64,000 nucleotides of DNA from Actinomycetota bacterium (GCA_050692195.1 JBOGVA010000018.1:19479-83478), one strand, 5' to 3'; counted from the first letter of the stretch, positions 8,249 to 17,767 are shown. Program-made: numbers and translations. The notes: generated by a model from the letters alone, not told the origin.

Positions 8249-8404
8249 TCAGGAGGCCTTGCAGTCTCGTTCCCGCGAGTCTGCAAGCTCCTTGCCTCGT
8301 CGGGCCCGCCACCCTTCCTCCGAGCGCCGGGCTCGCTCCGCTCGCCTGAGGCGGTCCTCCATGCGCGAGCGGATGAATTCGTAGTCGATTCCCATCATGT
8401 GCAT
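8249..8404 (-). CDS. hypothetical 51-aa Arg/Glu-rich protein (candidate upstream small ORF)
   Basis: Below the track's length cutoff. ATG 8404 has AAAGGAG 5 nt upstream and translates MHMMGIDYEFIRSRMEDRLRRAERARRSEEGWRARRGKELADSRERDCKAS. Its TGA lies 13 nt before the AKR start. Confidence 0.3.
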   Translation of the reverse strand: MHMMGIDYEFIRSRMEDRLRRAERARRSEEGWRARRGKELADSRERDCKAS

Positions 8405-8438
8405 GCTGACTCCTTTCACCGTTCGAGGGCGGGGCGGT

Positions 8439-9521
8439 TCAAAGCCGCGGCCCGAGGTAGACGTCGAGAAGTGCGGAGGCCTCAGGGATCATGTCGTGAC
8501 GAACGCTGTAGCGGCGTTCGAGGTCGGACGTCACCCGGACCAGCCCGGCCGCCCGGAGGATGGCCAGGTGGTGGTGGAGGGTGGACTTCGGTATCTCGAA
8601 CCGATCGACCAGCTCCTGGAGGGTCGGGGTCGAGCTCGCGATCGCCCTGAGCATCCGGAGCCGCTTCTCGTCGCCGAGGGCCCTGTGCAGCCTCACCAGC
8701 CGCCCGGGCGGTGCCCCCACGTCGCCACCCAGGCTCTCGTCGGCCACCGGATAGCAGAACAGCCTCGTGTCGTCGTGCTCGCACAGGAGCACCCAGGGAC
8801 GCATCGCCACCTGGGGGATCAGGAACACCTGGAGGATCTCCGGACGAGGGATGAACTGGATTCCGCTGGCCACCTCGATCAGGCGCTCGGACGACATGGT
8901 CTCGAGCATCGCCTTCTTGGCCTCGGCGTCCCGAACCAGGATCGGCTCAACCTCTCGCTCCTGCTCGCGGAACACCTCCCGATGCCAGCGGTTCAGGACC
9001 TCCATCGCGGTGTCCCTGGTCTCCTGCGGTGACAGGGACAGCAGCGGCGCCAGCATGGAGCCGGCCTCCCCGCCGAAATAGGCGCCGTCCCCGACGAGCA
9101 CCTCCTTGGCGTCCTCGTCGCCCTCGGCGGCTCGGCGCAGGACCTCGCGGCTGATGGAGCCCTGGTAGGCAGGGACGTGGTACCCAAGGAGGTACAACCG
9201 GAGGTCGAGGGGGGCGAGCCCCTCGATCCGCCCGAGCAGGTCGCCGACCTCCCGGACGGCGGGGGGGCGAGTGGCCAGCCCCAGGAAATTCACCCACGCC
9301 TTGCCGGCCCGAGCGCCGATGCGCTCGATCCCCTGAAGGAGGTCCGCCGAGGCCCTCCGACGAATATTTTCGACCCACTCCAGGCCGACCTCGAGCGTCC
9401 CGTACTCGTGCGGTTGCCCGAAGGCGCTCAGGCTGACCAGGAATTCATGGCACAGACCGGCCTCGATCTGGACGGACGTGGCCCCGGGCCGTCCCGTCAG
9501 GTCCATCACGCGCTTCGCCAC
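8439..9521 (-). CDS. ArsR-family transcriptional regulator with a long N-terminal (DUF5937-like) domain
   Basis: 360 aa. C-terminal wHTH: LHRALGDEKRLRMLRAIASSTPTLQELVDRFEIPKSTLHHHLAILRAAGLV. GTG start with AGGGGAG 5 nt upstream. Confidence 0.85.
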   Translation of the reverse strand: MAKRVMDLTGRPGATSVQIEAGLCHEFLVSLSAFGQPHEYGTLEVGLEWVENIRRRASADLLQGIERIGARAGKAWVNFLGLATRPPAVREVGDLLGRIEGLAPLDLRLYLLGYHVPAYQGSISREVLRRAAEGDEDAKEVLVGDGAYFGGEAGSMLAPLLSLSPQETRDTAMEVLNRWHREVFREQEREVEPILVRDAEAKKAMLETMSSERLIEVASGIQFIPRPEILQVFLIPQVAMRPWVLLCEHDDTRLFCYPVADESLGGDVGAPPGRLVRLHRALGDEKRLRMLRAIASSTPTLQELVDRFEIPKSTLHHHLAILRAAGLVRVTSDLERRYSVRHDMIPEASALLDVYLGPRL

Positions 9522-9532
9522 GGTCGCTCCCC

Positions 9533-9552
9533 TGTTCGATATTTTTCGAACA
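9533..9552. promoter_or_regulatory. Candidate ArsR operator (7-6-7 inverted repeat) in the divergent promoter region
   Basis: TGTTCGA-TATTTT-TCGAACA lies 12 nt upstream of the arsR start in an unusually AT-rich patch. TATACT (9560-9565) is a -10-like hexamer. Confidence 0.4.
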
Positions 9553-9706
9553 AGTCAACTATACTTCGGTTGGCCGGATCGTCAAGTCGGGACTTGCGAC
9601 GAGGGATGGAACGCGTATCATGAGGAAGCCGCCGGCCGGGCCCGTTTTGGGCTGATCCCTGTTCGCCTTGCAACCTCTCTTCCAGCACGTGTGAGGAGAA
9701 CCTGTC

Positions 9707-11458
9707 GTGAAGAGACAACCCAGTGTGTTCTGGCGTGGTCTGCGCGTGATCGGGACCTACATCGCCGCGCATCCGCTGCCCTTCACGGTTGCGGTGACGG
9801 GAGCCGCCGTCTATGCGGCGATGACGGTGGCGAGCACGATCGTCCTGGGGCGTATCACCGACCGGGTGCTCGTCCCGGCCTTCGGCCCAGGAGTGTCGCT
9901 GGGCCCCGTCCTGTGGGGCGCTGTGGCCATCATGGCCGTGGCGATCATCCGGGCGGGCGGCATCGTCACCCGGCGGTACTTCGCCGGCATGACCGGCAGC
10001 CGGATGATGGCCACCCTGCGGACCCGGGTCATGGACCGATATCAGGAGCTGCCGCTCGCCTACCACCGGTCAAGGCCGACCGGCGAGCTGATGGCGCACG
10101 CCGAGGCGGACGTCATGGCGGCGACCGAGGTCATCCACCCCCTTCCGTACACGACAGCGGTTGTCCTGCTGATCATCTTCGCCGTGGTCGCGCTGGTGCT
10201 CACCGACCCCTTCCTGGCGCTGATCGGGTGCTCGATCCTGCCGGCCCTGACGATCCTGAACCGGTACTACGGCCGCAAGGTGGAGGCACCGGCCCGGCGC
10301 GCCCAGGAGCGGATCGGTGACGTGTCCTCGGTGGCCCACGAGAGCATCGACGGCGCGCTGGTGGTGAAGACCCTCGGTCGGGAGCGGGCCGAGGTGGAAC
10401 GGTTGGCCCAGAAGGCCGAGGCCCTCCGGGACGAGCGCGTCCGATTCGGGCAGATTCGAGCGGCCTTCGAGCCGGCCTTCGAGGTCCTGCCCAACGTAGG
10501 GATCGTCGTGCTCATCGGGATCGGGTCGTGGCGGGTGTCCACGGACGCCATCAGCATCGGCACGCTGGTGCAGTTCGTCAGCCTCTTCCAGCTCCTGGCT
10601 TTCCCCATGCGGCTGATCGGGTTCGTCCTCTCCGACATCCCTCGAGCGGTTGCCGGGCACGACCGGATCCTCGAGGTCCTGTCCGAGCCTGTCTCCCTGC
10701 GTCCGGCCGCCGAGGCCCTGGAGCTGCCTCCCGGGCCACTGTCGCTATCGGTTCGCGACGTCCGCTTCTCCTACGCCGCCGCTCCCGTGGTGGATGGGGT
10801 GTCTTTCGAGGTCGCCCCGGCCCAGTCGGTGGCCCTGGTCGGCCCCACGGGATCCGGGAAGAGCACCCTGACTCAGCTCCTGGTCCGCCTGGCGGATCCC
10901 GACGCCGGTTCGATCCGCGTCGGCGGAGTCGACCTGCGCTCCGTCTCGGCCGAACGCCTTCGGGCCGCCACCGCGATGGTGTTCCAGGAGAGCTTCCTGT
11001 TCGCCACCAGCGTGCGGGACAACATCACGCTCGGTAGGACCGTTTCGGACGAAGAGGTCCACCGAGCGGCCAGGCTGGCCCAGGCCCACGGGTTCATCAC
11101 GGCGCTTCCGGGCGGCTACGACACGGTCCTGGGGGAGCGAGGAGTGACCTTGTCTGGAGGCCAGCGCCAGCGGGTGGCCATCGCTCGGGGGCTGGTCGGC
11201 CGGCCGCGGCTGTTGATCCTGGACGACGCGACCTCGTCAGTGGATCCGACGGTCGAGGCCGCCATCCTCGATGGGCTTCGCCGAGGGCTGGATACAACGT
11301 TGATCGTGGTTGCCTACCGTGTGTCGACCATCGCCCTGGCCGACCGGGTCTTCTTCCTCGACGACGGGCACATCGTCGCCTCTGGGACTCACGATGAGCT
11401 CCTGTCCCATGCCGACTACGAGGCGATGGTCCGGGCCTACGAGCGAGGTGCGGCGTGA
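9707..11458 (+). CDS. ABC exporter, fused permease/ATPase (heterodimer subunit 1)
   Basis: 583 aa with a six-TM exporter domain, Walker A GPTGSGKST, signature LSGGQRQR and Walker B LLILDDATS. GTG start after GAGGAG. Confidence 0.95.
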   Translation: MKRQPSVFWRGLRVIGTYIAAHPLPFTVAVTGAAVYAAMTVASTIVLGRITDRVLVPAFGPGVSLGPVLWGAVAIMAVAIIRAGGIVTRRYFAGMTGSRMMATLRTRVMDRYQELPLAYHRSRPTGELMAHAEADVMAATEVIHPLPYTTAVVLLIIFAVVALVLTDPFLALIGCSILPALTILNRYYGRKVEAPARRAQERIGDVSSVAHESIDGALVVKTLGRERAEVERLAQKAEALRDERVRFGQIRAAFEPAFEVLPNVGIVVLIGIGSWRVSTDAISIGTLVQFVSLFQLLAFPMRLIGFVLSDIPRAVAGHDRILEVLSEPVSLRPAAEALELPPGPLSLSVRDVRFSYAAAPVVDGVSFEVAPAQSVALVGPTGSGKSTLTQLLVRLADPDAGSIRVGGVDLRSVSAERLRAATAMVFQESFLFATSVRDNITLGRTVSDEEVHRAARLAQAHGFITALPGGYDTVLGERGVTLSGGQRQRVAIARGLVGRPRLLILDDATSSVDPTVEAAILDGLRRGLDTTLIVVAYRVSTIALADRVFFLDDGHIVASGTHDELLSHADYEAMVRAYERGAA

Positions 11459-13392
11459 GGGCGCCGGATCGGGCCCGGTCCGGGTGGATCCGGGTCAGGC
11501 AGGTCCTCAGCGAGCGCAGTCTCCGCAGGCCGGAGCCGGGCGTCGAGGACGTCGTTCCACCCTCCGGGTTCGACGGGCGGATCCCACACGAACCGGAGAC
11601 ACCCGAGGAGCCGATCCCGGCGAAGGGACTGGATGGCGCGTGGCGGGTCCTTCGTCGCGGCCTGAGGGAGAGCCCTGAGTTCCGGGTGGGGTTCGGCTAC
11701 ACGGTGGGGCTGGCGATCGCCCTGGCCCTGGGGCGGGTCCTCATCCCCATCCTGATCCAGCAGATCTTCGACAAGGGGCTCAGCGGACCCGGTGGATTCC
11801 GCCCCGCGTTCGTGTACACGGCATGCGCGGCGGTCGCGGTCGGGATCGTGGGCATCTACTTCTTGGGGCGGGCGCTGTTCCGCAGGCTGGTGCGAGCAGG
11901 CGAGAGCGCGCTCTGCGGACTGCGGGTCCGCACGTTCGATCACATCCACCGCCTCAGCATCGCCGAACAGACGGCGGAGAAGCGCGGTGCCTTCGTGGCC
12001 CGCGTCACCTCGGACATCGACATCCTGGGCCAGTTCCTCGAATGGGGCGCTTTCGCCTGGATCGTCAGCCCCACGCTGATGCTCGGGGCCCTCATCGGGA
12101 TGTTCGTGTACTCGTGGCAGCTCGCCCTGATCACGCTGGTGGTGATCGCCCCGCTGTTCCTGGTCCTGCGGGCGATGCAGCACGGGATGATCGCCGCGTA
12201 CGACAGGGTGCGGACCCGCGTCGGCGAGATGATGTCGGAGGTCTCCGAGGTCCTCATGGGCGCCGCCGTCGTACGGGCCTACGGGCTGGAGGAACGGACC
12301 AACCGGCGCGTGAAGGACGCGATCAGGCGCCGGTACAAGGCGGAGATGCACGGGGCAAGGTACATGGCCTCTATCTTCCCCATCGCGGATCTGTTCGGCG
12401 CGGCGGCCCTTTCGGCGGTCATCGTCGTGGGATCCCTGTACGGACCGGACTGGGGGCTTTCCGTCGGACGCCTCGTGGCCTTCATCTTCCTGGTGACGCT
12501 GTTCCTGGACCCCCTCACCGAGCTGTCCGAGACGTTCGACATGACCCAGACGGCCATCGCGGGCTGGCGGAAGGTGCTGGCGGTCCTGGACCTCCCGCTC
12601 GAGCTCAAGGAAGCCTCGCCCGGCGTGAGCTTGCCTGACGGCGCTCTCTCGGTCCGGGCCCAAGGCGTCGAGTTCGGCTACAGGGACGGCGGTGGCCTGG
12701 TACTCCGGGGGATCGACGTCCAGATTCCGGCTGGATCCCACGTGGCCATCGTCGGAGAGACGGGTTGCGGCAAGACCACGTTCGCCAAGCTGCTGTCCCG
12801 CTTGGCGGACCCGACGTCGGGCCGGATCCTGGCCGGGGAAATCGACCTGAGGGACGTGGCGGCGGAGTCACGTCGCACCGCGGTGCGCATGGTGCCCCAG
12901 GACGGATTTCTCTTCGACGCCACCATCCGGGAGAACGTCCGGTTCGGCCGGCTCGGGGCGACGGACGAGGACGTCGAGGCCGCCTTCGAGGAGCTCGGGC
13001 TCGGTTGGTGGGTGAAGAGCATTCCGGATGGTCTGGACACGCCCGTGGGAGAGCGGGGCGAGAACCTCTCCGTCGGTGAGCGCCAGCTCGTCGCGCTGGC
13101 CAGGGCGCAGATCGCCGGGCCGGGTCTTCTCATCCTGGACGAGGCGACCAGTGCCGTGGACCCGGAGACCGAACGGGCCCTGTCCGAGGCGCTGGAGCAT
13201 CTGTCCGAGGGTCGCACCACCGTCACCATCGCCCACCGCCTGTCGACCGCGGAGGAGGCTGAGCAGGTCCTGGTGTTCGACCGTGGCCGAATCGTCGAGC
13301 GGGGTGTGCACGCAGATCTGGTTTCCGCCGGCGGGGTCTACGCGTCGCTCTACCAGAGCTGGCTGGGGAACACCCGGGCCGAGGTGGGCTAG
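11455..13392 (+). CDS. ABC exporter, fused permease/ATPase (heterodimer subunit 2)
   Basis: 645 aa with a 4-nt GTGA overlap onto subunit 1. Walker A GETGCGKTT, signature LSVGERQL, Walker B LLILDEATS. The true start may lie downstream because the N-terminus is low-complexity. Confidence 0.92.
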   Translation: MRAPDRARSGWIRVRQVLSERSLRRPEPGVEDVVPPSGFDGRIPHEPETPEEPIPAKGLDGAWRVLRRGLRESPEFRVGFGYTVGLAIALALGRVLIPILIQQIFDKGLSGPGGFRPAFVYTACAAVAVGIVGIYFLGRALFRRLVRAGESALCGLRVRTFDHIHRLSIAEQTAEKRGAFVARVTSDIDILGQFLEWGAFAWIVSPTLMLGALIGMFVYSWQLALITLVVIAPLFLVLRAMQHGMIAAYDRVRTRVGEMMSEVSEVLMGAAVVRAYGLEERTNRRVKDAIRRRYKAEMHGARYMASIFPIADLFGAAALSAVIVVGSLYGPDWGLSVGRLVAFIFLVTLFLDPLTELSETFDMTQTAIAGWRKVLAVLDLPLELKEASPGVSLPDGALSVRAQGVEFGYRDGGGLVLRGIDVQIPAGSHVAIVGETGCGKTTFAKLLSRLADPTSGRILAGEIDLRDVAAESRRTAVRMVPQDGFLFDATIRENVRFGRLGATDEDVEAAFEELGLGWWVKSIPDGLDTPVGERGENLSVGERQLVALARAQIAGPGLLILDEATSAVDPETERALSEALEHLSEGRTTVTIAHRLSTAEEAEQVLVFDRGRIVERGVHADLVSAGGVYASLYQSWLGNTRAEVG

Positions 13393-14096
13393 GGAAGGGT
13401 CCAGCCGGGACAGAGATCGGGCGCCACCGGCCCGGGAAGCTCGCGAGCCCGCTCTATGCCGGTTCTGACGTCGTCGAACGTCTCCCACGCCAGGAACCGC
13501 ACCCCGTCCTGCCGGCAGATGTCAACCAGGTGCTTCTTCGCAAACACCAGATCAGAGTACAGGGCGCCATAGCGATCGGTGTGCCCCTCGCCGACGAAGG
13601 CGACCGGGCCGGCCCGCTGACGGTAGCCGAGCACGGTTCGCATCTTGCACGTCCCGCAGCCCACGCAGACCGGATGGGCGTTGGGAAAGGCGAAACGCGG
13701 CCCATCGGCTCCAAGCGTGAGCCCATTCGTGAGCACGGAGACGCCGTCGACGCCTCCAGCCCGGAGCATCGGCTCCACGTAGAAGCCGAATCCGTCGCTG
13801 GCCACGGCCACCTCCATTCCAGCCCCCAGGGCCCAGTCCACGAAGGGCCGGAAGCTCGGCTCCAGCCGGTAGCGCTCGAGGGCGAAGGCCAACATCTCGT
13901 CCTGGCTACCTTCGAGGAGGGCCGCCTGCCGGACCAGACACTCTCGAGACCCGATCTCGCCTCTCTGGAACTCGAGGTCGATGTCCCACCAGCTGGGAGG
14001 GGCGAACGATCGGAGGATCTCCTCGGAGACATCCTGGGGACAGATCGTGCCGTCGAAGTCGATGACGACCACGCGAACCGGCGGGGACTCGCTCAT
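13389..14096 (-). CDS. HAD-IB hydrolase, MtnX-like phosphatase family
   Basis: Start ATG 14096 (MSESPPVRVVVIDFDGTICP, the DxDxT motif), in frame with track ORF 13389..14999. It has a Cys cluster (HPVCVGCGTCK) as in the DKMTPPase subfamily, and FVGEGHTDRYG. Confidence 0.75.
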   Translation of the reverse strand: MSESPPVRVVVIDFDGTICPQDVSEEILRSFAPPSWWDIDLEFQRGEIGSRECLVRQAALLEGSQDEMLAFALERYRLEPSFRPFVDWALGAGMEVAVASDGFGFYVEPMLRAGGVDGVSVLTNGLTLGADGPRFAFPNAHPVCVGCGTCKMRTVLGYRQRAGPVAFVGEGHTDRYGALYSDLVFAKKHLVDICRQDGVRFLAWETFDDVRTGIERARELPGPVAPDLCPGWTLP

Positions 14097-14155
14097 CAAC
14101 GACAGGTTGGCCCGACGGGGGCCCGGGGCGCAAACCCGGGCTGGGTGTCTTCGCC

Positions 14156-14497
14156 TCAGGTGGCCGAGCGTTCCTCCGGCCGGGCCACGGTGGCGCCCCA
14201 CATTCCCACCGTGGCGACCACGGCGGTCAGCCGGTCGAGCTTTGCCTGGATCGCGGGATGGGTGGTCGTTGTTCCGGCTCCGGCCACCAGCCCGAGCGCT
14301 CTGCATGCCACCAGCCAGGTGGCCCTGAACTCGTACGAGAGTGGATCGACACCCACTTCTTCGGCCCAGCCTCGAACGTCGGCGTGAAACTGGTCGAAGA
14401 CCCCGACCCACTGTGGCCCCAGGGCATGGGCCCACCGGTGGGTCCGTGTGACCGCCTCCTCCACCACGCTCTCGTCCTTGTCCGTCGACTCGGCCAT
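14156..14497 (-). CDS. hypothetical protein (113 aa)
   Basis: Start ATG 14497 (MAESTDKDESVVEE...), in frame with track ORF 14156..14830. No recognisable motif. Same strand as the HAD gene. Confidence 0.5.
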   Translation of the reverse strand: MAESTDKDESVVEEAVTRTHRWAHALGPQWVGVFDQFHADVRGWAEEVGVDPLSYEFRATWLVACRALGLVAGAGTTTTHPAIQAKLDRLTAVVATVGMWGATVARPEERSAT

Positions 14498-14705
14498 CGC
14501 ACCTCGTCTCTCCACGGGACCGTTCCTGTGCCGGGATGTGTCCCGGTGGTGGGATTGTTTCGCGCGGTCTGAGGCACGACCACTGCCTTTCGGCCATTTC
14601 TCGATAGGACCAACGTCTTGGGAACTCCGGTCGGCCCCGGTCCGTCCAAGCAGATAGTTCCCGGGGCGATCCCGCCCCGGCCCGGCCGAGGAAGGGAGCG
14701 TTCCC

Positions 14706-15716
14706 ATGATGCGGCGACTGATAGCCATTCCCGTCCTTTCGTTCCTCTTCCTGGTCCTGGGGCCGGGGCTGGCGTTGGCCTGCGGCGGCCTGGTCGCGGA
14801 TGAGCACGCGGAGGTCCTGCGCAAGGCCACGACCCTGGCGGCGTGGTACGACGGATACGAGCACTACGTCACGGGTTTCCAGTTCGCCGGTACGGCGAAC
14901 AGCTTCGGCTACATCATCCCTCTGCCCGCCGCGCCGACGAAGATAGAGAAGGGGGGCGACTGGACCCTGGAGCGGCTGGAGCTCGAGGTCAGCCCGCAAC
15001 GCCTCCTGTTCGGCGCTGCTGCGACCGAAGCGGCCAGTCCCGTCGAGGTGCTCCAGCAGGTGCGCATCGACGCCCTGGACATCGTGGTGGTCCGGGGAGG
15101 CGGTCCCGACGTGGCCGCGTGGGCCGAGAGGAACGGGTTCGATCTGACCCCCGACTCGCCGAGGGTCCTCGGACGGTACTCGTCAGCCGGGGCCATCTTC
15201 GCCCTGGCTCGGTTCGACAGGAACGAAGCGACCGAGCGCGGCCTCATCGAGGGACAGGGGACAACCATCCACTTCACCATCCCGACCCCCGCCCCATGGA
15301 TCCCGCTCCAGATCCTGGCTCTGGGCAAGGGTGGCTCGGAGGTCGTGGAGGCCGACCTGTTCGTCCTGACCGACCACGTACCGTCGCTGACGCCCGGGGT
15401 GTGGGGCATGCCCGGCATGAGCCTGCGGTCGTTCGGGCGAGCCAGCGAATCGCTGCTCGACGATCTCCGCTCGGACCGGGGGATGGAGTGGGTGCCGCGG
15501 GAAGGCATGTGGCTCACCGCACTCAGCCTGCGGACGCCGTCGGCGGAGCTCCGCCACGACCTGTCGATCGACGGCGGGGGGCCCACCGGGCGCTCGACGA
15601 GCTCGCCTGCTCGTTCCTCCTCCGAGCTCTGGCTATCGATCCTGGTGGGTGGGGCTGCGGCCGTGGCCGTGCTGGTGATGTGGCGGCCGGCTCCTCCGCC
15701 CGTGGGGCACGCCTAG
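14706..15716 (+). CDS. DUF2330 domain-containing lipoprotein
   Basis: 336 aa with GGAAGGGAG upstream of ATGATG. Signal/lipobox LGPGLALACGG. Pattern HYVTGFQFAG...FGYIIPLP..., plus a C-terminal TM helix (WLSILVGGAAAVAVLVMW). Confidence 0.8.
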   Translation: MMRRLIAIPVLSFLFLVLGPGLALACGGLVADEHAEVLRKATTLAAWYDGYEHYVTGFQFAGTANSFGYIIPLPAAPTKIEKGGDWTLERLELEVSPQRLLFGAAATEAASPVEVLQQVRIDALDIVVVRGGGPDVAAWAERNGFDLTPDSPRVLGRYSSAGAIFALARFDRNEATERGLIEGQGTTIHFTIPTPAPWIPLQILALGKGGSEVVEADLFVLTDHVPSLTPGVWGMPGMSLRSFGRASESLLDDLRSDRGMEWVPREGMWLTALSLRTPSAELRHDLSIDGGGPTGRSTSSPARSSSELWLSILVGGAAAVAVLVMWRPAPPPVGHA

Positions 15717-15791
15717 CCGAGCGGTGCTCCGGGCAGTGACCGCCGGCCCGGTGATCACAGCGTTCCGCCGAGCGGGTATCGTCTTAGAGCC

Positions 15792-16697
15792 ATGCTGCTC
15801 GTGGGGACGGACGACGGGCTTCGCCGGCTCGATGAGGGAGGAGACGAGCTGGGGATCGAGCTGGGCGGCCAGGAGGTCCGGGCGATCGCGCCGGAGGGGA
15901 GCGGTTGGTGGGCGCTCGCCGACGGCGAGGGGCTCTGGCGCTCCCTCGGCTCGGGCTCGTGGGACATGGCGGCCGCGGTGCAGGGCGCCAGCGGCAATTG
16001 CCTCTGGTCCACCTCGGCGGGACTTCTGGTGGGCACCGGTGAGGCTGGCCTTCTTCGGTTCACCGACGGCTCCTTGGAGCCGCTGGAGTCGTTCGAGCAG
16101 GTGAAGGGACGCAGCGAGTGGTACACGCCCTGGGGAGGACCTCCCGACTCGAGGTCGATCTCCGAGGGCTCGGACGGGGTCATCTACGTGAACGTGCACG
16201 TGGGAGGGATCGTGAGGTCGGCAGATGCCGGCCGGACCTGGGAACCCACCATCGACATCGACGCCGACGTCCACCAGGTACTGGCACCTGCGGGTCGCCC
16301 CGGCCTGGTGCTCGCGGCGTCGGCAGTGGGACTGGCGGTGAGCGAGGACGGCGGCGATTCGTGGAGATACGAGACCAGGGGCCTGCACGGGACCTACCTT
16401 CGAGCGGTCGCCTTCTCCGAAGGAATGGTGTTCGTCACGGCGTCCGAGGGACACCGTGGAAGACAGGCCGCCGTGTACGTGCGTCCCTTCGGGGAGGAGG
16501 GGCCGTTCACCAGGTGCACGCAGGGATTGCCTGACTGGTTCACCAACAACATCGACACCTTCTGCCTCGCGGCATCAGGAACGTTCGCCGCGTTCGGGAC
16601 GGAGCAAGGAACGGTGTTCGTCTCGAAGGACCTGGGATCGAGCTGGAGGGAGATCGCAGCCGGACTGCCGCCGGTGCGGTGCCTCACACAGGCCTAG
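15792..16697 (+). CDS. BNR/Asp-box beta-propeller protein (Ycf48/sialidase-like fold)
   Basis: 301 aa with repeated Asp-box motifs: SADAGRTWEP, SEDGGDSWRY and SKDLGSSWRE. Confidence 0.7.
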   Translation: MLLVGTDDGLRRLDEGGDELGIELGGQEVRAIAPEGSGWWALADGEGLWRSLGSGSWDMAAAVQGASGNCLWSTSAGLLVGTGEAGLLRFTDGSLEPLESFEQVKGRSEWYTPWGGPPDSRSISEGSDGVIYVNVHVGGIVRSADAGRTWEPTIDIDADVHQVLAPAGRPGLVLAASAVGLAVSEDGGDSWRYETRGLHGTYLRAVAFSEGMVFVTASEGHRGRQAAVYVRPFGEEGPFTRCTQGLPDWFTNNIDTFCLAASGTFAAFGTEQGTVFVSKDLGSSWREIAAGLPPVRCLTQA

Positions 16698-17638
16698 CGT
16701 CCGAACGCCGGGGTCAGCCAGCCCATGAACTCATCGACCTCGCCGTGCACGGCGGCGAGGTAGAGGTCCTGGATCGAGCGGGTGACCTCGCCCATCTTGC
16801 CATCGCCGACGACTCTGCCATCGACCACCGTGACGGGTGCCACCTGGACGCCGGTCCCGCACAGGAAGACCTCGTCGGCGACGAACAACTCGGTGCGATC
16901 GACGCGGCGCTCCACCACCGGCATGCGGAGCTTCCCCGCCAGCTCCATGATCGCACTCCGGGTGATGCCGACCAGGATGTCGTCGGTCACTTCGGGGGTC
17001 ACCAGGCGTCCGTCCATCACCAGGAAGATGTTCGCCGCGCTCGCCTCGGAGAGGTGGCCTTCGCCCGTCAGCATGATCGCCTCGTCGAACCCGGCGTCCT
17101 GGGCGTCTGCGACCGCGAGCGCCGCGTTGATGTAGGCGCCGGTGATCTTGGCCCGGGAGGGAATGGCGTTGTCGTCGTTCCTCCGCCAGCTCGAGACCGT
17201 CACGGACAGCCCCCGATCGATCGGGAGGTAGGCGCCCATCGGCGCGGTGAAGCAGCAGAAGGCGTCGTCCAGGTGAAGCAGGCCGACCTTGATCACGGGC
17301 GTTGATTTGTACGCGATCGGGCGAACGTAGACGTCCTCCCGGTAGCCGTTTCGCCGAACCAGCTCGGCCGCGACGTTGCACAGATCCTGCACGCCCAACC
17401 CCACGTCGATCCGGAGCAGGCGCATGGACGAGGTCATACGGCGGAAGTGCGGCTCCAGCTTGACCAGGTAGACCTCCTGCCGCTCGGCGTTCCAGTACCC
17501 GCGGATGCCCTCGAAGCAGCCGGTCCCGTAGTTGAACGCGTGCGTGGCGATGGAGATCTTGGCCTCCTCCATCGGAACGAACCGGCCGTCGAAGTACGCG
17601 ATGCCCTTCGCGGCGAATCCGACCTTCGGCTCGCTCAC
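16694..17638 (-). CDS. ilvE: branched-chain amino acid aminotransferase
   Basis: Class IV aminotransferase motifs: YFDGRFVPMEEAKISIATHAFNYGTGCFEGIRGY, EASAANIFLV, LVGITR, FLCGTG. GTG 17638 chosen (14 residues before FDG, as in E. coli IlvE). The alternative ATG 17686 has no SD. Confidence 0.9.
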   Translation of the reverse strand: MSEPKVGFAAKGIAYFDGRFVPMEEAKISIATHAFNYGTGCFEGIRGYWNAERQEVYLVKLEPHFRRMTSSMRLLRIDVGLGVQDLCNVAAELVRRNGYREDVYVRPIAYKSTPVIKVGLLHLDDAFCCFTAPMGAYLPIDRGLSVTVSSWRRNDDNAIPSRAKITGAYINAALAVADAQDAGFDEAIMLTGEGHLSEASAANIFLVMDGRLVTPEVTDDILVGITRSAIMELAGKLRMPVVERRVDRTELFVADEVFLCGTGVQVAPVTVVDGRVVGDGKMGEVTRSIQDLYLAAVHGEVDEFMGWLTPAFGR

Positions 17639-17767
17639 CCTCCCACCCTTCTCTCGGATGGCGTCCGTGCCCTGTCCGATGAGCATACGTGGTCCCGGCC
17701 GCCCGGTTTCGGGATCAGGGCGGCGCTCCTGGCCAGGAGGAGCAGGGGAGCCGTCCCCGGCCGGCGG

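Noticed and set aside
8425-8455. T-loop-like GGTTCAAAGCC string as a possible tRNA or tRNA-Sec fragment.
   Set aside because: It lies inside the 3' end of the arsR coding region, and no acceptor or anticodon arms can be drawn.
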